64,000 nt of DNA from Candidatus Omnitrophota bacterium (lineage in GTDB: Bacteria; Omnitrophota; Gorgyraeia; Zapsychrales; Fredricksoniimonadaceae), in assembly GCA_015233145.1 (NCBI GenBank), contig JADFYI010000004.1, positions 4,821-68,820 of the forward strand, written 5' to 3'. Position numbers and translations under genes: made by a program. The notes under the pieces were generated by a model. That model saw only the letters and a list, made by a program, of their open reading frames with translations. It did not search any database and was not told where the DNA came from. Position 1 is the stretch's first letter; each line of letters starts with the position of its first letter. Shown one piece after another: positions 49,305-59,251 of the stretch.

Positions 49305-50250
49305 ATTGAGAATAATTTATAATTTGTTTCTCTTCGTTAGCCGTTACTGTTGAGACCCTGAACAATGTCTTTGGGTAATAAAACGTCTGCCTTAACTGCT
49401 TGCCAATGGAGGCCTGCTCATGAAACCCCTGGTATGTCCCCCAAAACTGCATAAAACGAAAAAGGCATATAGAAAGAAAACTGTCCCAAAAAACTCGCTC
49501 ATGAGCCGCATGGTAACAATCGCTTATCACATTAGCAATTAACAGCCGCAGGAAATCCCAGGAACGAAATTGTTCTGTGGGATACGTTTGCTTAAGGGCG
49601 ATCGCCTCCCTGCGATAACGGTTACGAATCTCCTGCCACGTCTCATCATGGACATGGATGATGGTAGCTGGCGGAACATAAACAATCTGCAGCCCCAAGG
49701 CAATAACCCGTTTGGCCCAATCTAAATCTTCAAGGCCGGTAAGATTTTCATTATAAGGAAGTTTCTGCCATACGGATTTTCGTATGGCCGCATTAGCATT
49801 GTTGCAAAACGGATGGTCCTGGCTCACGGTTGACGGGCCATCGGGAAACCAGGTGGAAAAGACCTGGCGTTCCGAGTATTTTGTGGTCCCGTTGCCCCGC
49901 TGTTTTCCGTAAGTCAATGCCACCTTTTCTTCCGAAAAGGGCTCAATCAATTTCTCCAGCCAATCCCGCTGTAAAGGATAAACATGGGCGCTCACAATCA
50001 CAATTAAATCGCCCCTCGCCGCACTACAGCCAAAATTCAAAGAACGGCCAAAGGAAAATTCCTCGGGCTTAATAGAAACAATTTTAACACCATAGCGCGC
50101 CGCTATTGACAACGTGGCATCTGTGGAACCAGAGTCCACGATAATAACCTCGACATCCTTAAGCGCTTGCTGAGCAATGCCGCTCAAAAGCCGGCCAATG
50201 TGCTCTTCTTCGTTATAACAACGAATAACTATAGAAACTTGTGGCACCAT
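49291..50250 (-). CDS. Glycosyltransferase family 2
   Basis: VSIVIRCYNEEEHIGRLLSGIAQQ, IIVDSGSTDAT, and a GLEDLDW-type motif. Confidence 0.85.
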   Translation of the reverse strand: MVPQVSIVIRCYNEEEHIGRLLSGIAQQALKDVEVIIVDSGSTDATLSIAARYGVKIVSIKPEEFSFGRSLNFGCSAARGDLIVIVSAHVYPLQRDWLEKLIEPFSEEKVALTYGKQRGNGTTKYSERQVFSTWFPDGPSTVSQDHPFCNNANAAIRKSVWQKLPYNENLTGLEDLDWAKRVIALGLQIVYVPPATIIHVHDETWQEIRNRYRREAIALKQTYPTEQFRSWDFLRLLIANVISDCYHAAHERVFWDSFLSICLFRFMQFWGTYQGFHEQASIGKQLRQTFYYPKTLFRVSTVTANEEKQIINYSQYDKN

Positions 50251-50268
50251 TTCTTCTCCACCAAACAG

Positions 50269-51162
50269 TTATTTGCCCAATTTACTACCCATCTCCAAAA
50301 ATTTTTTCTTTAAACCTCTTGTCCATGGAAAACGATTCTTAATCTTCTCTTTAAAAGAATCCTCCCCCACGCATTTGTGGCATATCGGAAGCTTTTGATT
50401 ATGTTTTCCCGTATATAACAACCTGCGGACAGGCTCTGACTTGATCCACATTTCTTGCAACGTGCCATCAGAAAGCGAACCATATTTATTCTTTCCAAAT
50501 ATATCGCGGCAGCACATGACCAATTGGCCATAGCAATCGATTGTCATGATGTTGTAATAAGCACATTGTTTTCTGTAAGGGGCATACTCGCCATCGACCT
50601 CACCGGCATAGTTTAAAGGAGTCCAGCCAGGCCTGAGCACTGTTACACTATTAATATATTCCGGATATTTTTCTAACAACGCTGCCAGCTCTGGTTCATT
50701 CTTGAGAACCTTGGTGTGCTGGGTAATTCGCATGGTATGAAACGCATTATCTAATAGATTTTTTAACAATTCCGGCGTCAAGAGAGTTCCATTGGTTGTT
50801 AAGTGCATTTTAGCTAAAGGCAACTTTTTTCGGGCATATGAAAAAAGCGATAAACAGCGCTCATCAGTAAGAGGCTCACATAAAAAAGCAGTCCCCAGAA
50901 ACCCTTGAAACCCCCAATCATGTAATTCATCAATAATCCTTTTAAAGTCTTCCTCAGACATGCGCTGATGTCTTCTGGCATATTTTGAATTCGGGCAATA
51001 CGGGCACTTCAAATTGCAGGTTGAAATAGTTTCTAACTCAACCACGGCTGGGCAAGCATTCTTTTTCTTTTCCCAGGAAATTTCTTGCGCCCAGTCGCCC
51101 TTCTCAACTTTTTTTTGTGAATTCTCTTCTGAATAAACATAATCCTTTAACGACAAACTCAT
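50269..51162 (-). CDS. Radical SAM enzyme with Cys-rich SPASM/twitch-like C-terminus
   Basis: CNLKCPYC (CxxxCxxC). The C-terminus reads QCAYYNIMTIDCYGQLVMCCRD...LPICHKC. ATG 51162 has AAGGAG 7 nt upstream (the track start is TTG at 51165). Confidence 0.8.
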   Translation of the reverse strand: MSLSLKDYVYSEENSQKKVEKGDWAQEISWEKKKNACPAVVELETISTCNLKCPYCPNSKYARRHQRMSEEDFKRIIDELHDWGFQGFLGTAFLCEPLTDERCLSLFSYARKKLPLAKMHLTTNGTLLTPELLKNLLDNAFHTMRITQHTKVLKNEPELAALLEKYPEYINSVTVLRPGWTPLNYAGEVDGEYAPYRKQCAYYNIMTIDCYGQLVMCCRDIFGKNKYGSLSDGTLQEMWIKSEPVRRLLYTGKHNQKLPICHKCVGEDSFKEKIKNRFPWTRGLKKKFLEMGSKLGK

Positions 51163-51228
51163 CAAAACGCTCCTTTTACAAAGACTACTAATAAAAAAAT
51201 AACTATATTTATCAATCTCCTACTTCAT

Positions 51229-52821
51229 TTACGCTCCAAAAAGCGTCATTTTCTTTATCAATGATTTATTATCACTGCGCTTAATCCATAAATTCCATCT
51301 GCTCTTTTTAAGCCCGGAATCGGAAGAATCCTCTGTATCAAAAAGACCTGCTACGTCAAAACATCTTTTTTTATCAAAAGCCAATCCCGCATAAGCCAAA
51401 GCTAATTCTTGCTGGCGCTTTGTTGGGCGAGGAGCATCTTTTATAGCCCTTACCTTAGAAACATAATCATCAACAGATTTTACCGATATAACAAATTCCT
51501 GCTCAGCATAGCCTTTTCTAGAAGCTAAAAGACAAGGCACCCCATGTGCAGGAAGCTCCATAGACACTGTTCCTATAACTGATATGCCTGCGTGAATAAA
51601 AGGAAGAATATCACACGTTTTTAGTCCTTCAGTTCCATCCATAATCTTAATATTAGAAGAAGGATTTTCTTTCAAAAGCTGATTTAAATGCGTTAATGTA
51701 TTTATTTGCGAATTGGTTTTTAACTCCCTCTCAGCAGGATGAAGACGAAAAATCCAATTAACATCTTTCTCCTGGCTGGCGATCTCAAATGTCTTGGTTA
51801 ACCAATCTTCGAAAGTTGAAAATATCACATCGCCAGCAGCTAAAGCGCCATCCCAACAAAGATGCGTAAAAATTACCACATTCTTTTTCCCAGTAAAAAA
51901 TTCTCGACATTTTTTATCATTCCGAACCTTGTTATGAGGATCTGCCTGCCCCATAAAATTAATTAACGCAATCCGGCCTTTCTCAATATATTGATCCATA
52001 AGATCTTGGGTCCCGACAGCATTCTTGAATTCATTTAACGTCGGAACATGTGGTATATTATGCAAATCTTCCAGGCTTTTATTCAGCCGCAAAGTCAACA
52101 TTTTTAGCCAATAAAAACAATGATTCTGATTAAGAACTGGAATTTTATTTTTTAAGGCAAAACGTACCGGAATACCCCAGTCGATGTAGCCCACCTCATT
52201 GCTAAGAATAAGATCATAACGGTTCTTTTGAAAAAACGCGTCCATGGCATAAGCGTAGAGTATTCCACTTTTAATATATTCATAGGCGACATTGCCAGGA
52301 ATTAAAGAAATACTCTTGGGACTGCCGATAAAAAGACACCTTTGAATTGATTGCCAGATATCCGCACCTATCAAAACCCCCTTAACTTCGAGTTTAATAA
52401 TTTCTGCCACTGTCACAGGATTCGGCAGGTTCCTAACTATGGCATCTGCAGAACGTCTATCTTCATCAGAAACCAAGTCAGTCAGAAAAATCAAAGAAGC
52501 ATCAAACGGCTTAAGCCGATTTCTTAACTTTTTTTGACATGGAGTACAAGCATCCCAATCTTTTATCATTCCATCCGGCAACTGCCCTAAAGCGCCGCGT
52601 AAACAACAGCCCGAGACCGCCTTGTTACATACCAGAGCTTCTACCTTAATCCCATACATAACATCCAGAACGGAAAGAACGGCTTCATAGTTATTAAAAT
52701 GTCTGGCGATAGAATAACCAGGATGCAGCAACAAAACCTTTTTGGCACCAATTTTCTTTCTACGAAAAATCTTGCCATACTCAAATATAGAGTTATAGAA
52801 TTCTTTCCATTTTCCTAACAT
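51229..52821 (-). CDS. Hypothetical protein; possibly a capsule-biosynthesis (KpsC/KpsS-like) type glycosyl/phosphotransferase
   Basis: 530 aa and soluble. IFRLHPAERE and GTVSMELPAHGVPCLL are reminiscent of Capsule_synth-type GT-B proteins. This is a weak, by-eye call. Confidence 0.35.
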   Translation of the reverse strand: MLGKWKEFYNSIFEYGKIFRRKKIGAKKVLLLHPGYSIARHFNNYEAVLSVLDVMYGIKVEALVCNKAVSGCCLRGALGQLPDGMIKDWDACTPCQKKLRNRLKPFDASLIFLTDLVSDEDRRSADAIVRNLPNPVTVAEIIKLEVKGVLIGADIWQSIQRCLFIGSPKSISLIPGNVAYEYIKSGILYAYAMDAFFQKNRYDLILSNEVGYIDWGIPVRFALKNKIPVLNQNHCFYWLKMLTLRLNKSLEDLHNIPHVPTLNEFKNAVGTQDLMDQYIEKGRIALINFMGQADPHNKVRNDKKCREFFTGKKNVVIFTHLCWDGALAAGDVIFSTFEDWLTKTFEIASQEKDVNWIFRLHPAERELKTNSQINTLTHLNQLLKENPSSNIKIMDGTEGLKTCDILPFIHAGISVIGTVSMELPAHGVPCLLASRKGYAEQEFVISVKSVDDYVSKVRAIKDAPRPTKRQQELALAYAGLAFDKKRCFDVAGLFDTEDSSDSGLKKSRWNLWIKRSDNKSLIKKMTLFGA

Positions 52822-53966
52822 TATTTGCCCCCCGTCTTACACATTGTTGCCCCTAATGCCGTAGCTTTCCGAATGGCCAACTCAACATTATATTTATCTA
52901 ATTTGTAGTTCGCGTAGTTAATAGAAGAAATTGTCAGTGAATAACTATTGTTAGTGTTTTGCATTTCAGCATCAGACTTAGAACATATCAAACTCATCGA
53001 CTGGCCTCTATTAAATATATTGTCAACCTTCAGGCCCGAAGCATTAAGTAATCTCTCCAGAGATATTGATGTAAAATACCATAAATGTGAAATGTGTAAG
53101 AAATTCAAAAAAGACCTGCTCGAATAGTTGTGGCTGCCTTCCAGATTAGGCACATCAATCAAAATCTTGGTATTATCATCTTTGATTCTCGCAGACAGGG
53201 AAGAAAGAAACTTTTTCGGAGAAGCAAGATGTTCAAGAACATTGCTAATTAAAACAAAATTAAAGTCTTCATAATTTATATCACCCATCTTTAATGCATC
53301 ACCTACTTCAATCTCGCGCAAATGGCTCTTCCCATAAGCAATCTTATGAGGATCGAGATCAAAGCCGCGCACAGCCGCTCCTTGTTGCTTAAGTTCAAAA
53401 AGAACGCCTCCAGACCCACACCCTATCTCCAATATCTTTAATTTATTGGCATCACATCCTAATTTATTAAAAATATCAATAAAGAAAAACGCCTGCATCC
53501 TTTCATCAAAAAATCTAGTGTGATCGTCCATGCCGCCGCTAATAATTTCGTGAAATTCCCCGGATTCATAAAAAGAATTTAAATCTTTATCAGACAACCT
53601 TTTATTTAATTGTAAAAGGCCGCAACGCTTACACACACTCCATTGAAAAAAAGGCGGCTCTTTTGAAGACACGACAGGCAACCAATCTTGATCATTTGAA
53701 CAAATCGGGCAAGAAAAACTTTCAAGCTTATAATGACCCGACTTAAGCTTTCGTTCAAAATCTTTGCGCTTATTTAAAACATCCTGTGGGGAGGCATACA
53801 TATATATATCCACCCCGGCTCCATCCATATCGAGAGCATCCCTCATCTTTCGGGGGCGGTATTCGGCCTTGTCTTGGGAAGCTGCCCGCACAATTTCTAA
53901 ATTAAACAGCCGGAAAGTTTTCCTCACTGCCTTTTTAACAAGCAACTTAAAAACTTTAACCATCAT
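52821..53966 (-). CDS. SAM-dependent methyltransferase with an N-terminal 4-Cys zinc-ribbon
   Basis: CPICSN...CKRCG (Zn ribbon), ILEIGCGSGG (motif I), VLISNVLEHL. Start trimmed to ATG 53966, with AAGGGG upstream (the track start is TTG at 54002). Confidence 0.75.
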   Translation of the reverse strand: MMVKVFKLLVKKAVRKTFRLFNLEIVRAASQDKAEYRPRKMRDALDMDGAGVDIYMYASPQDVLNKRKDFERKLKSGHYKLESFSCPICSNDQDWLPVVSSKEPPFFQWSVCKRCGLLQLNKRLSDKDLNSFYESGEFHEIISGGMDDHTRFFDERMQAFFFIDIFNKLGCDANKLKILEIGCGSGGVLFELKQQGAAVRGFDLDPHKIAYGKSHLREIEVGDALKMGDINYEDFNFVLISNVLEHLASPKKFLSSLSARIKDDNTKILIDVPNLEGSHNYSSRSFLNFLHISHLWYFTSISLERLLNASGLKVDNIFNRGQSMSLICSKSDAEMQNTNNSYSLTISSINYANYKLDKYNVELAIRKATALGATMCKTGGK

Positions 53967-54089
53967 AAGACCCCTTATTTCTAAATCTCTAGAGTAATTC
54001 AAGATTTTTAAAATTTACAGCAACGCGCAAACCCCGGAAAAAAAGGCTTTTGTAAAACATTCCAGTCCAAGCCCCTCACATTCTCCAAC

Positions 54090-54800
54090 TCATCTTTTTC
54101 TACCTCTTATTAAAATATGCGGAAAAATTGTTTTTCTCACAATTTCTACTGTCTCGATGTTAAACCCGTTGGTTTGAAAAATTTCCAGCCAACCTTCTTT
54201 TGTCCTTAAAAATGGCGCCCCTTTAACCCGGTAGCCAAACAACGTCCTTCCCCAGGAGGACATCGAAAAGATTGTCAAAACTCTGCTGACCGCCCTTTGA
54301 ACAAAAGAACCGACAGACCAATCAATCACCAGCTCACATACAACAAAAATCCCATTGCTGGATAAAGCCTTGCCAGCGCTGCGAAATACGTCCTTTTGCT
54401 CCTCATAAGGCACAAGATATAAGACCTCGGCCATAAACAATGCCGCGTAAGGTTCCTGGCCTAAAGGAATTCCCTTGGCGTCCCCGAGAACAAACTCTGG
54501 TTCAGGTGATAGTCCAAAACCTTGAACCAATTTTTGAGCAAGCTCCACACGGCCTGGAGATAAATCTAATCCGAAAACCTTGCGCTCCCTTGACATCATG
54601 GCCATAGCCAACGACAAAATGCCATGCCCTGAACCAACCTCCAAAACACGCCCCTTTTGAGGAAGCAACTTATGAATTCTATCAAAAGGCAATATCTTGA
54701 AACGAGCCAATAAAAGCCCTCTCTGCAACTGCGACAAGCCCAGCTCTTTGCTCCTTTTAATAATATGCTGCCTTAAGTCTGAAATATTTAAATCCAACAC
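54090..54800 (-). CDS. Class I SAM-dependent methyltransferase
   Basis: VLEVGSGHGILSLAMA (motif I), VFGLDLS, LFMAEVLYLV. Confidence 0.75.
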   Translation of the reverse strand: MLDLNISDLRQHIIKRSKELGLSQLQRGLLLARFKILPFDRIHKLLPQKGRVLEVGSGHGILSLAMAMMSRERKVFGLDLSPGRVELAQKLVQGFGLSPEPEFVLGDAKGIPLGQEPYAALFMAEVLYLVPYEEQKDVFRSAGKALSSNGIFVVCELVIDWSVGSFVQRAVSRVLTIFSMSSWGRTLFGYRVKGAPFLRTKEGWLEIFQTNGFNIETVEIVRKTIFPHILIRGRKR

Positions 54801-54829
54801 AAAGCTCCTGAAAATGATTGTCGTCGATA

Positions 54830-55912
54830 CTATCCTTTTTTAACAACCGGCAGAAAACCCTTCCAAATATCGCCGGTATAAATAGCATTCACTGCCGCCT
54901 CACAGCTTTGCCAGCATCCCGGGCATTGGGCTACCCAGGCCCTCTGTTTCTTAACCTCCAGAGAATGCCAAATTTCTTTTAAACTGTATTGTTTTAAGTT
55001 GCCAACAACAGTGCCGTTATAAAGGCACACCGGGACATCGCCGTTCGGTAAAATACGAATATGACTGTTTAATGCCACACAAGGAGGGTTCGGGCTCGCT
55101 TGTCCGCACACAATTCTGTTATACATGCCCTGCAAATGGTAACGGTCAATGACCCGTTCCGGTAAATCGGATATCCCCTTCGATTCCTCCAGCATGCTGC
55201 TGATAAAATCCTTGAGTCCTTTCTTTGAAAACTCGCCAAAGGGCTTAACAGAGCCATTGGGATCAGTAAATTTCTTATCCGAATAAAGGCTGTTCTGCGG
55301 TTGTAACGCAATCGTGGGATAAATAGGCACATTGTCCCTGCTAAGAATCTGCTTTAACTGCCCATACGCTTCAATATCCGACTCATTGACAATCGCCTGG
55401 TTAACGCCAACGTGAAATTTGTAAACCTTGCGCAGACGTACCAGCTCCTTGATGGAGCGCATGGCTTTCTCATAAGCACCCGGGACACCCCGAATATCAT
55501 CATGGCGCTTACCAACATGATCAATAGATATCTTGATATGAATTTTCTTGGGATGCGTTAACGCTTCCATGACCTGAACAATTCTCTCTGTCAACATGCC
55601 ATTAGATGTAATATGAATCATACTTGGACGACCAACGTCATCAATCGCATTAATGACATCAAGCAGGTCTTTCCTCAAGAAAGGCTCTCCACCAGTAATC
55701 CGTAACACATCCGGATTCTTGATCTGACAAAAAATTTTGCTAATTTCATCTAAATTAAGTTCGTCATTAGCCTCTGCACGCTTGCGCCACACATCACAAA
55801 AAACACAGCGTCCATTACAGCGCCATGTAACCAAATATGTGACAAACATCGGCATCCGGGGTAACCCCAAGTGCGTAAGTCCTATCGATTTAATGATACG
55901 CGCAATATTCAT
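54830..55912 (-). CDS. Radical SAM enzyme with SPASM/twitch-like C-terminus
   Basis: CNGRCVFC (CxxxCxxC), ITGGEPFL. The C-terminus reads PPCVALNSHIRILPNGDVPVCLYN...AQCPGCWQSCEA. ATGA overlap with the upstream deacetylase gene. Confidence 0.85.
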   Translation of the reverse strand: MNIARIIKSIGLTHLGLPRMPMFVTYLVTWRCNGRCVFCDVWRKRAEANDELNLDEISKIFCQIKNPDVLRITGGEPFLRKDLLDVINAIDDVGRPSMIHITSNGMLTERIVQVMEALTHPKKIHIKISIDHVGKRHDDIRGVPGAYEKAMRSIKELVRLRKVYKFHVGVNQAIVNESDIEAYGQLKQILSRDNVPIYPTIALQPQNSLYSDKKFTDPNGSVKPFGEFSKKGLKDFISSMLEESKGISDLPERVIDRYHLQGMYNRIVCGQASPNPPCVALNSHIRILPNGDVPVCLYNGTVVGNLKQYSLKEIWHSLEVKKQRAWVAQCPGCWQSCEAAVNAIYTGDIWKGFLPVVKKG

Positions 55913-56769
55913 AACTCTTTTCGACCATTAGAATTGCCTGGCCGTCCTTCGCTGCTAAGCATCAAATACAAATCTGTCATGGTAATAAATTCATACCCCT
56001 TGGCTCGAAGCAAGGCCATAAACTTCCTGAAATATCTGATTCCTGCATGTTTATTATTACCCCAGGCTACCCGTAACTCCCAAGGCAGACGGCTAAAGCT
56101 TTTTTCACTCACAAGATAATCATGCAAATGAGAGTCAAAAATCAAAATATCCGGTAAACCAAAAACCGAATAAAGCGCCTGGTTAAAAGGAAACCCCAAG
56201 AGCTTTAAATAACTCAACGAAATCGTAAGCCGCATTCCCCGCACCGCGGCCAAAGGAAGTTCCATAATTCCGTTATCATACAAAAAAGGTGTCGGTGGCA
56301 TGTTTAAGTTGTTAAATTTTCCAGGCCGATAAGAGGGAAAAACACTGGAACTAAATTTAAAACCGTGCCGTTTCATTAAATCAATATCGCCCTCACGCAA
56401 AACACCCTGCGGCGCACGATAGCCCAAAGCCCGGTGGCCAAAAAACTTTTCAAACGTCTCTGCAGTATCTGCGATTTCCTTTTTGCTTACAGAGTCCCGA
56501 GTATTGTGCGTATGCGAATGCCCATGATAATCTTGTGCCAGCATCCTGACACAATCAAAACTTTTAGGATATTTAAGTAAAAGCCCTGTTGTTATAAAAG
56601 CCGATACCGGGGTTTTCTCTCGAACAAATACGTCTTTGAGTTCCTCCAAACCTTTACTGTCATCTAAAATATTAAAGTTGCCCACCCTATCGCCATAATC
56701 CTCTTCAAAATCCAGAGTTATGCAGACAAACTTTTTTCCTTCTGGTATTTTCTTTGCGATCTTGCTCAT
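55909..56769 (-). CDS. Polysaccharide deacetylase-like protein (CE4-like)
   Basis: CITLDFEEDYG (in place of the TFDD motif), HGHSHTH (His motif), GYRAPQG. Confidence 0.6.
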   Translation of the reverse strand: MSKIAKKIPEGKKFVCITLDFEEDYGDRVGNFNILDDSKGLEELKDVFVREKTPVSAFITTGLLLKYPKSFDCVRMLAQDYHGHSHTHNTRDSVSKKEIADTAETFEKFFGHRALGYRAPQGVLREGDIDLMKRHGFKFSSSVFPSYRPGKFNNLNMPPTPFLYDNGIMELPLAAVRGMRLTISLSYLKLLGFPFNQALYSVFGLPDILIFDSHLHDYLVSEKSFSRLPWELRVAWGNNKHAGIRYFRKFMALLRAKGYEFITMTDLYLMLSSEGRPGNSNGRKEL

Positions 56770-56787
56770 ACGAGCCGATCTCCCATT

Positions 56788-57654
56788 TTATTCATGGATC
56801 TCTCGCCTGAGCGCAGAAATCTGGTCACATAAAAGCCCGAACATAAAAACCATAAGTGACGCCAAACAAAAAATCACAGTGGTCTTCCCAATACTTTGCC
56901 AGCCTGATAGCGCCATATTCACAACAGCGCTTACTAACCCAAGCCAAAATAAAAAATTCGCTACTGTTAAGAAAACTTTTAATGGCTCAAAAAGCACCGT
57001 CAGCCGCAGCATCAACAGCATAGTTTGTGGCCCGTGTTTCATTTGGCGGACAGTGCTCTTGCCTTTTCTTTTCACAACCGTAATCGGTATCCATGCGATA
57101 TTGCGCAAACTTTTTAAGAAAGCGAACGTCATGGTGGTGGACATGGAAAACCCGTCAGGCATTAAATGAAAATATTTCATAAGGACTTCTTTTTTAACAA
57201 CCCTGAGGCCTGAATTAAAGTCTGGGATCTTTTCATCTGCTAAAAAGTTAGCAAAGTGATACAAAATCGTTTTTCCCAGCCAGCGCCTTTTGGAAACATG
57301 GGACGTTTGCGTACGCACACCCACGACCATGTCATGCTCAGGAGTTGTTATCTCAATAAGCCTGGCAATATCAGAGGCTGAATGCTGACCATCCCCATCA
57401 CAAAAAACAACATATGGTGTCGTAACCAAGCGAACGCCGGTCTTTAAACTCGCCCCATACCCGCTATTCTTATGATGTTTAACAACCCTCGCTCCGGCAT
57501 TTTCTGCGATCTCGGCGCTTTGATCTTCTGAGCCATCATCAACAACTATAATTTCTGTCTTAGGGAACTGGCCACGGAGAGCCCTGATGCACGATTCAAT
57601 GGACTCAGCTTCATTATAAACAGGAATAACTATCGTAATATTATCTTGTTTCAT
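56788..57654 (-). CDS. Glycosyltransferase family 2 with C-terminal TM helices (GtrB/ArnC-type polyprenyl-phosphate glycosyltransferase)
   Basis: ITIVIPVYNEAESI, IVVDDGSEDQS, FCDGDGQH. Two C-terminal TM helices end in GLLCDQISALRRE, as in GtrB/ArnC. Confidence 0.85.
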   Translation of the reverse strand: MKQDNITIVIPVYNEAESIESCIRALRGQFPKTEIIVVDDGSEDQSAEIAENAGARVVKHHKNSGYGASLKTGVRLVTTPYVVFCDGDGQHSASDIARLIEITTPEHDMVVGVRTQTSHVSKRRWLGKTILYHFANFLADEKIPDFNSGLRVVKKEVLMKYFHLMPDGFSMSTTMTFAFLKSLRNIAWIPITVVKRKGKSTVRQMKHGPQTMLLMLRLTVLFEPLKVFLTVANFLFWLGLVSAVVNMALSGWQSIGKTTVIFCLASLMVFMFGLLCDQISALRREIHE

Positions 57655-57665
57655 AAACGGTTGTC

Positions 57666-59189
57666 CTATTTTCCTTGGTCGCTGCTAGAACGTTTTTTCC
57701 TGCGAGTCAGCCCATACAGAACAAAAGGCAAAGCATATAAAATAAAGACTTTTAACGTCGGCCAAAAGTCATAAATAGGGTAATTGTTAACAATTGTTGC
57801 CGGCATTTTGTTTTTAAAACCCAACAAAGTTGCCAGTAAATAAATAAAATAAATAACTCTCTTAAAAAGAACAAAAAAAAGTTCTTTGGGATGCCCAAAA
57901 GCCGTCTTCCATACCTCGAGCTGGAACGTATGGTTAGTCCATCCCATATTTAAATCATGCTGAAGCGCCAAATTATCTCCGCTTTCAAAAAACAACATCG
58001 ATAGCACGGGAAAGAGGGCAATCAGCATCCAAAAGAGTCGGATCTTTTGACCATATTTCTCGTCGCTTTTCTTAAAGATATATGCCAAGGGAAAAACTAA
58101 AAGCGGCATAATGGACGCCATAATGAGCCGATAGCCATAAAAGCATCCCTGCGAGCCCCACACAATCATGATATAAAAAGTGACGCACATGGGTATGAGG
58201 GATATAAAAATCCTTACACGGCCGGTAAAATCTTTTAAAAAAAGCCCAGCGATGCCTAAAAAAATAAAAGGAGCCGTATAGAGCAACCCCCAATCCACGC
58301 CGAATAAAATGTGCCAGGCTCTTTTTAGATAAAAGGTCAGTGGTCTTAACTGCAATAAAATGTTTCCCACAGAGGAATATCCCTGATAGTGAAGGTAATG
58401 ATCTGGCAGAATCTTAAACAGGAAGACAACCGCCCCGGCAGCGCCGCAGACCACAGCCATTGTCCGCCAAAAGCGGGCTGTCTTAAATTCAGAAAAATTC
58501 CGGCAAAATAATGCAAAAGGCCATATCAAGGCCGCAAAGAAATTGTTATAGCGGACCAGGTATATAAGCGCCACCAGTACCCCTGTGCCAACAGCCGGCA
58601 AAACTCCCTTTAGCTCAAAGGAATCCCTTTTTAGATTCCTTAAGAGCATGAAAATCATCAGGCTTTGAAGAAAAAACTCAAACACGTGGGAAAAGATCGG
58701 CCGGCGATACACATAAAGAGGAAGCCCCTGACACACGATCATATATATGACCGCCATTGTGGCGTAACGCTTCTCAATAAACCAGCGCAGGGCCCTGTAT
58801 AACAGGAAACACGCAAACCAGAAATACACGCTCGCCGCAAAAACAAAACCAAACTGGCTCCAGCTGCCGGACACGTTTTTATAAGTCCGTGACTCTACAA
58901 TATCAGACCCCGTCAGACGGTCGAACCAGGAAAAAGCAAAAACAAAAGGCGAAGCCATAATTCCTGCGCCAATGGCGCAAGTGGGGCTACGCAATCCATA
59001 ACAAATCTCTTTCTTATATGAAGGGAATTGACCAAAAGCAAGCGACGAGGCATGAACAAAATATTCCTGATCATCGTTGCCAAAACACTCTGAATTTTCT
59101 GAATTATACCACATGCCGTTGTCTTGCATAAAAGATATTCTGAGCAGCAGAAAAGCAAAAACAAATATGGCAATAGAGATAGCCTTCAT
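57666..59189 (-). CDS. Polytopic membrane protein, GT-C-like (likely partner of the adjacent GtrB/ArnC-type GT2)
   Basis: 507 aa with more than 11 TM segments. The first loop carries GNDDQEYFVHA (acidic DD..Y motif). A strong AGAGGAGG Shine-Dalgarno sequence lies 7 nt upstream. Confidence 0.6.
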   Translation of the reverse strand: MKAISIAIFVFAFLLLRISFMQDNGMWYNSENSECFGNDDQEYFVHASSLAFGQFPSYKKEICYGLRSPTCAIGAGIMASPFVFAFSWFDRLTGSDIVESRTYKNVSGSWSQFGFVFAASVYFWFACFLLYRALRWFIEKRYATMAVIYMIVCQGLPLYVYRRPIFSHVFEFFLQSLMIFMLLRNLKRDSFELKGVLPAVGTGVLVALIYLVRYNNFFAALIWPFALFCRNFSEFKTARFWRTMAVVCGAAGAVVFLFKILPDHYLHYQGYSSVGNILLQLRPLTFYLKRAWHILFGVDWGLLYTAPFIFLGIAGLFLKDFTGRVRIFISLIPMCVTFYIMIVWGSQGCFYGYRLIMASIMPLLVFPLAYIFKKSDEKYGQKIRLFWMLIALFPVLSMLFFESGDNLALQHDLNMGWTNHTFQLEVWKTAFGHPKELFFVLFKRVIYFIYLLATLLGFKNKMPATIVNNYPIYDFWPTLKVFILYALPFVLYGLTRRKKRSSSDQGK

Positions 59190-59251
59190 GTAAAAACCTC
59201 CTCTTAACTCTTAAAACTTCGAAACAATTCCGTTAATTGCCCTACTCGCGC

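Noticed and set aside
53989-54060. 23-aa ORF (MFYKSLFFRGLRVAVNFKNLELL) in the 123-nt gap between two methyltransferase genes
   Set aside because: It has no convincing Shine-Dalgarno sequence and is not coupled to its neighbours. It overlaps a weak hairpin plus U7 (GGGCTT...AAGCCT TTTTTT) that more plausibly marks a transcript boundary. Evidence is too thin to call either a CDS or a terminator.
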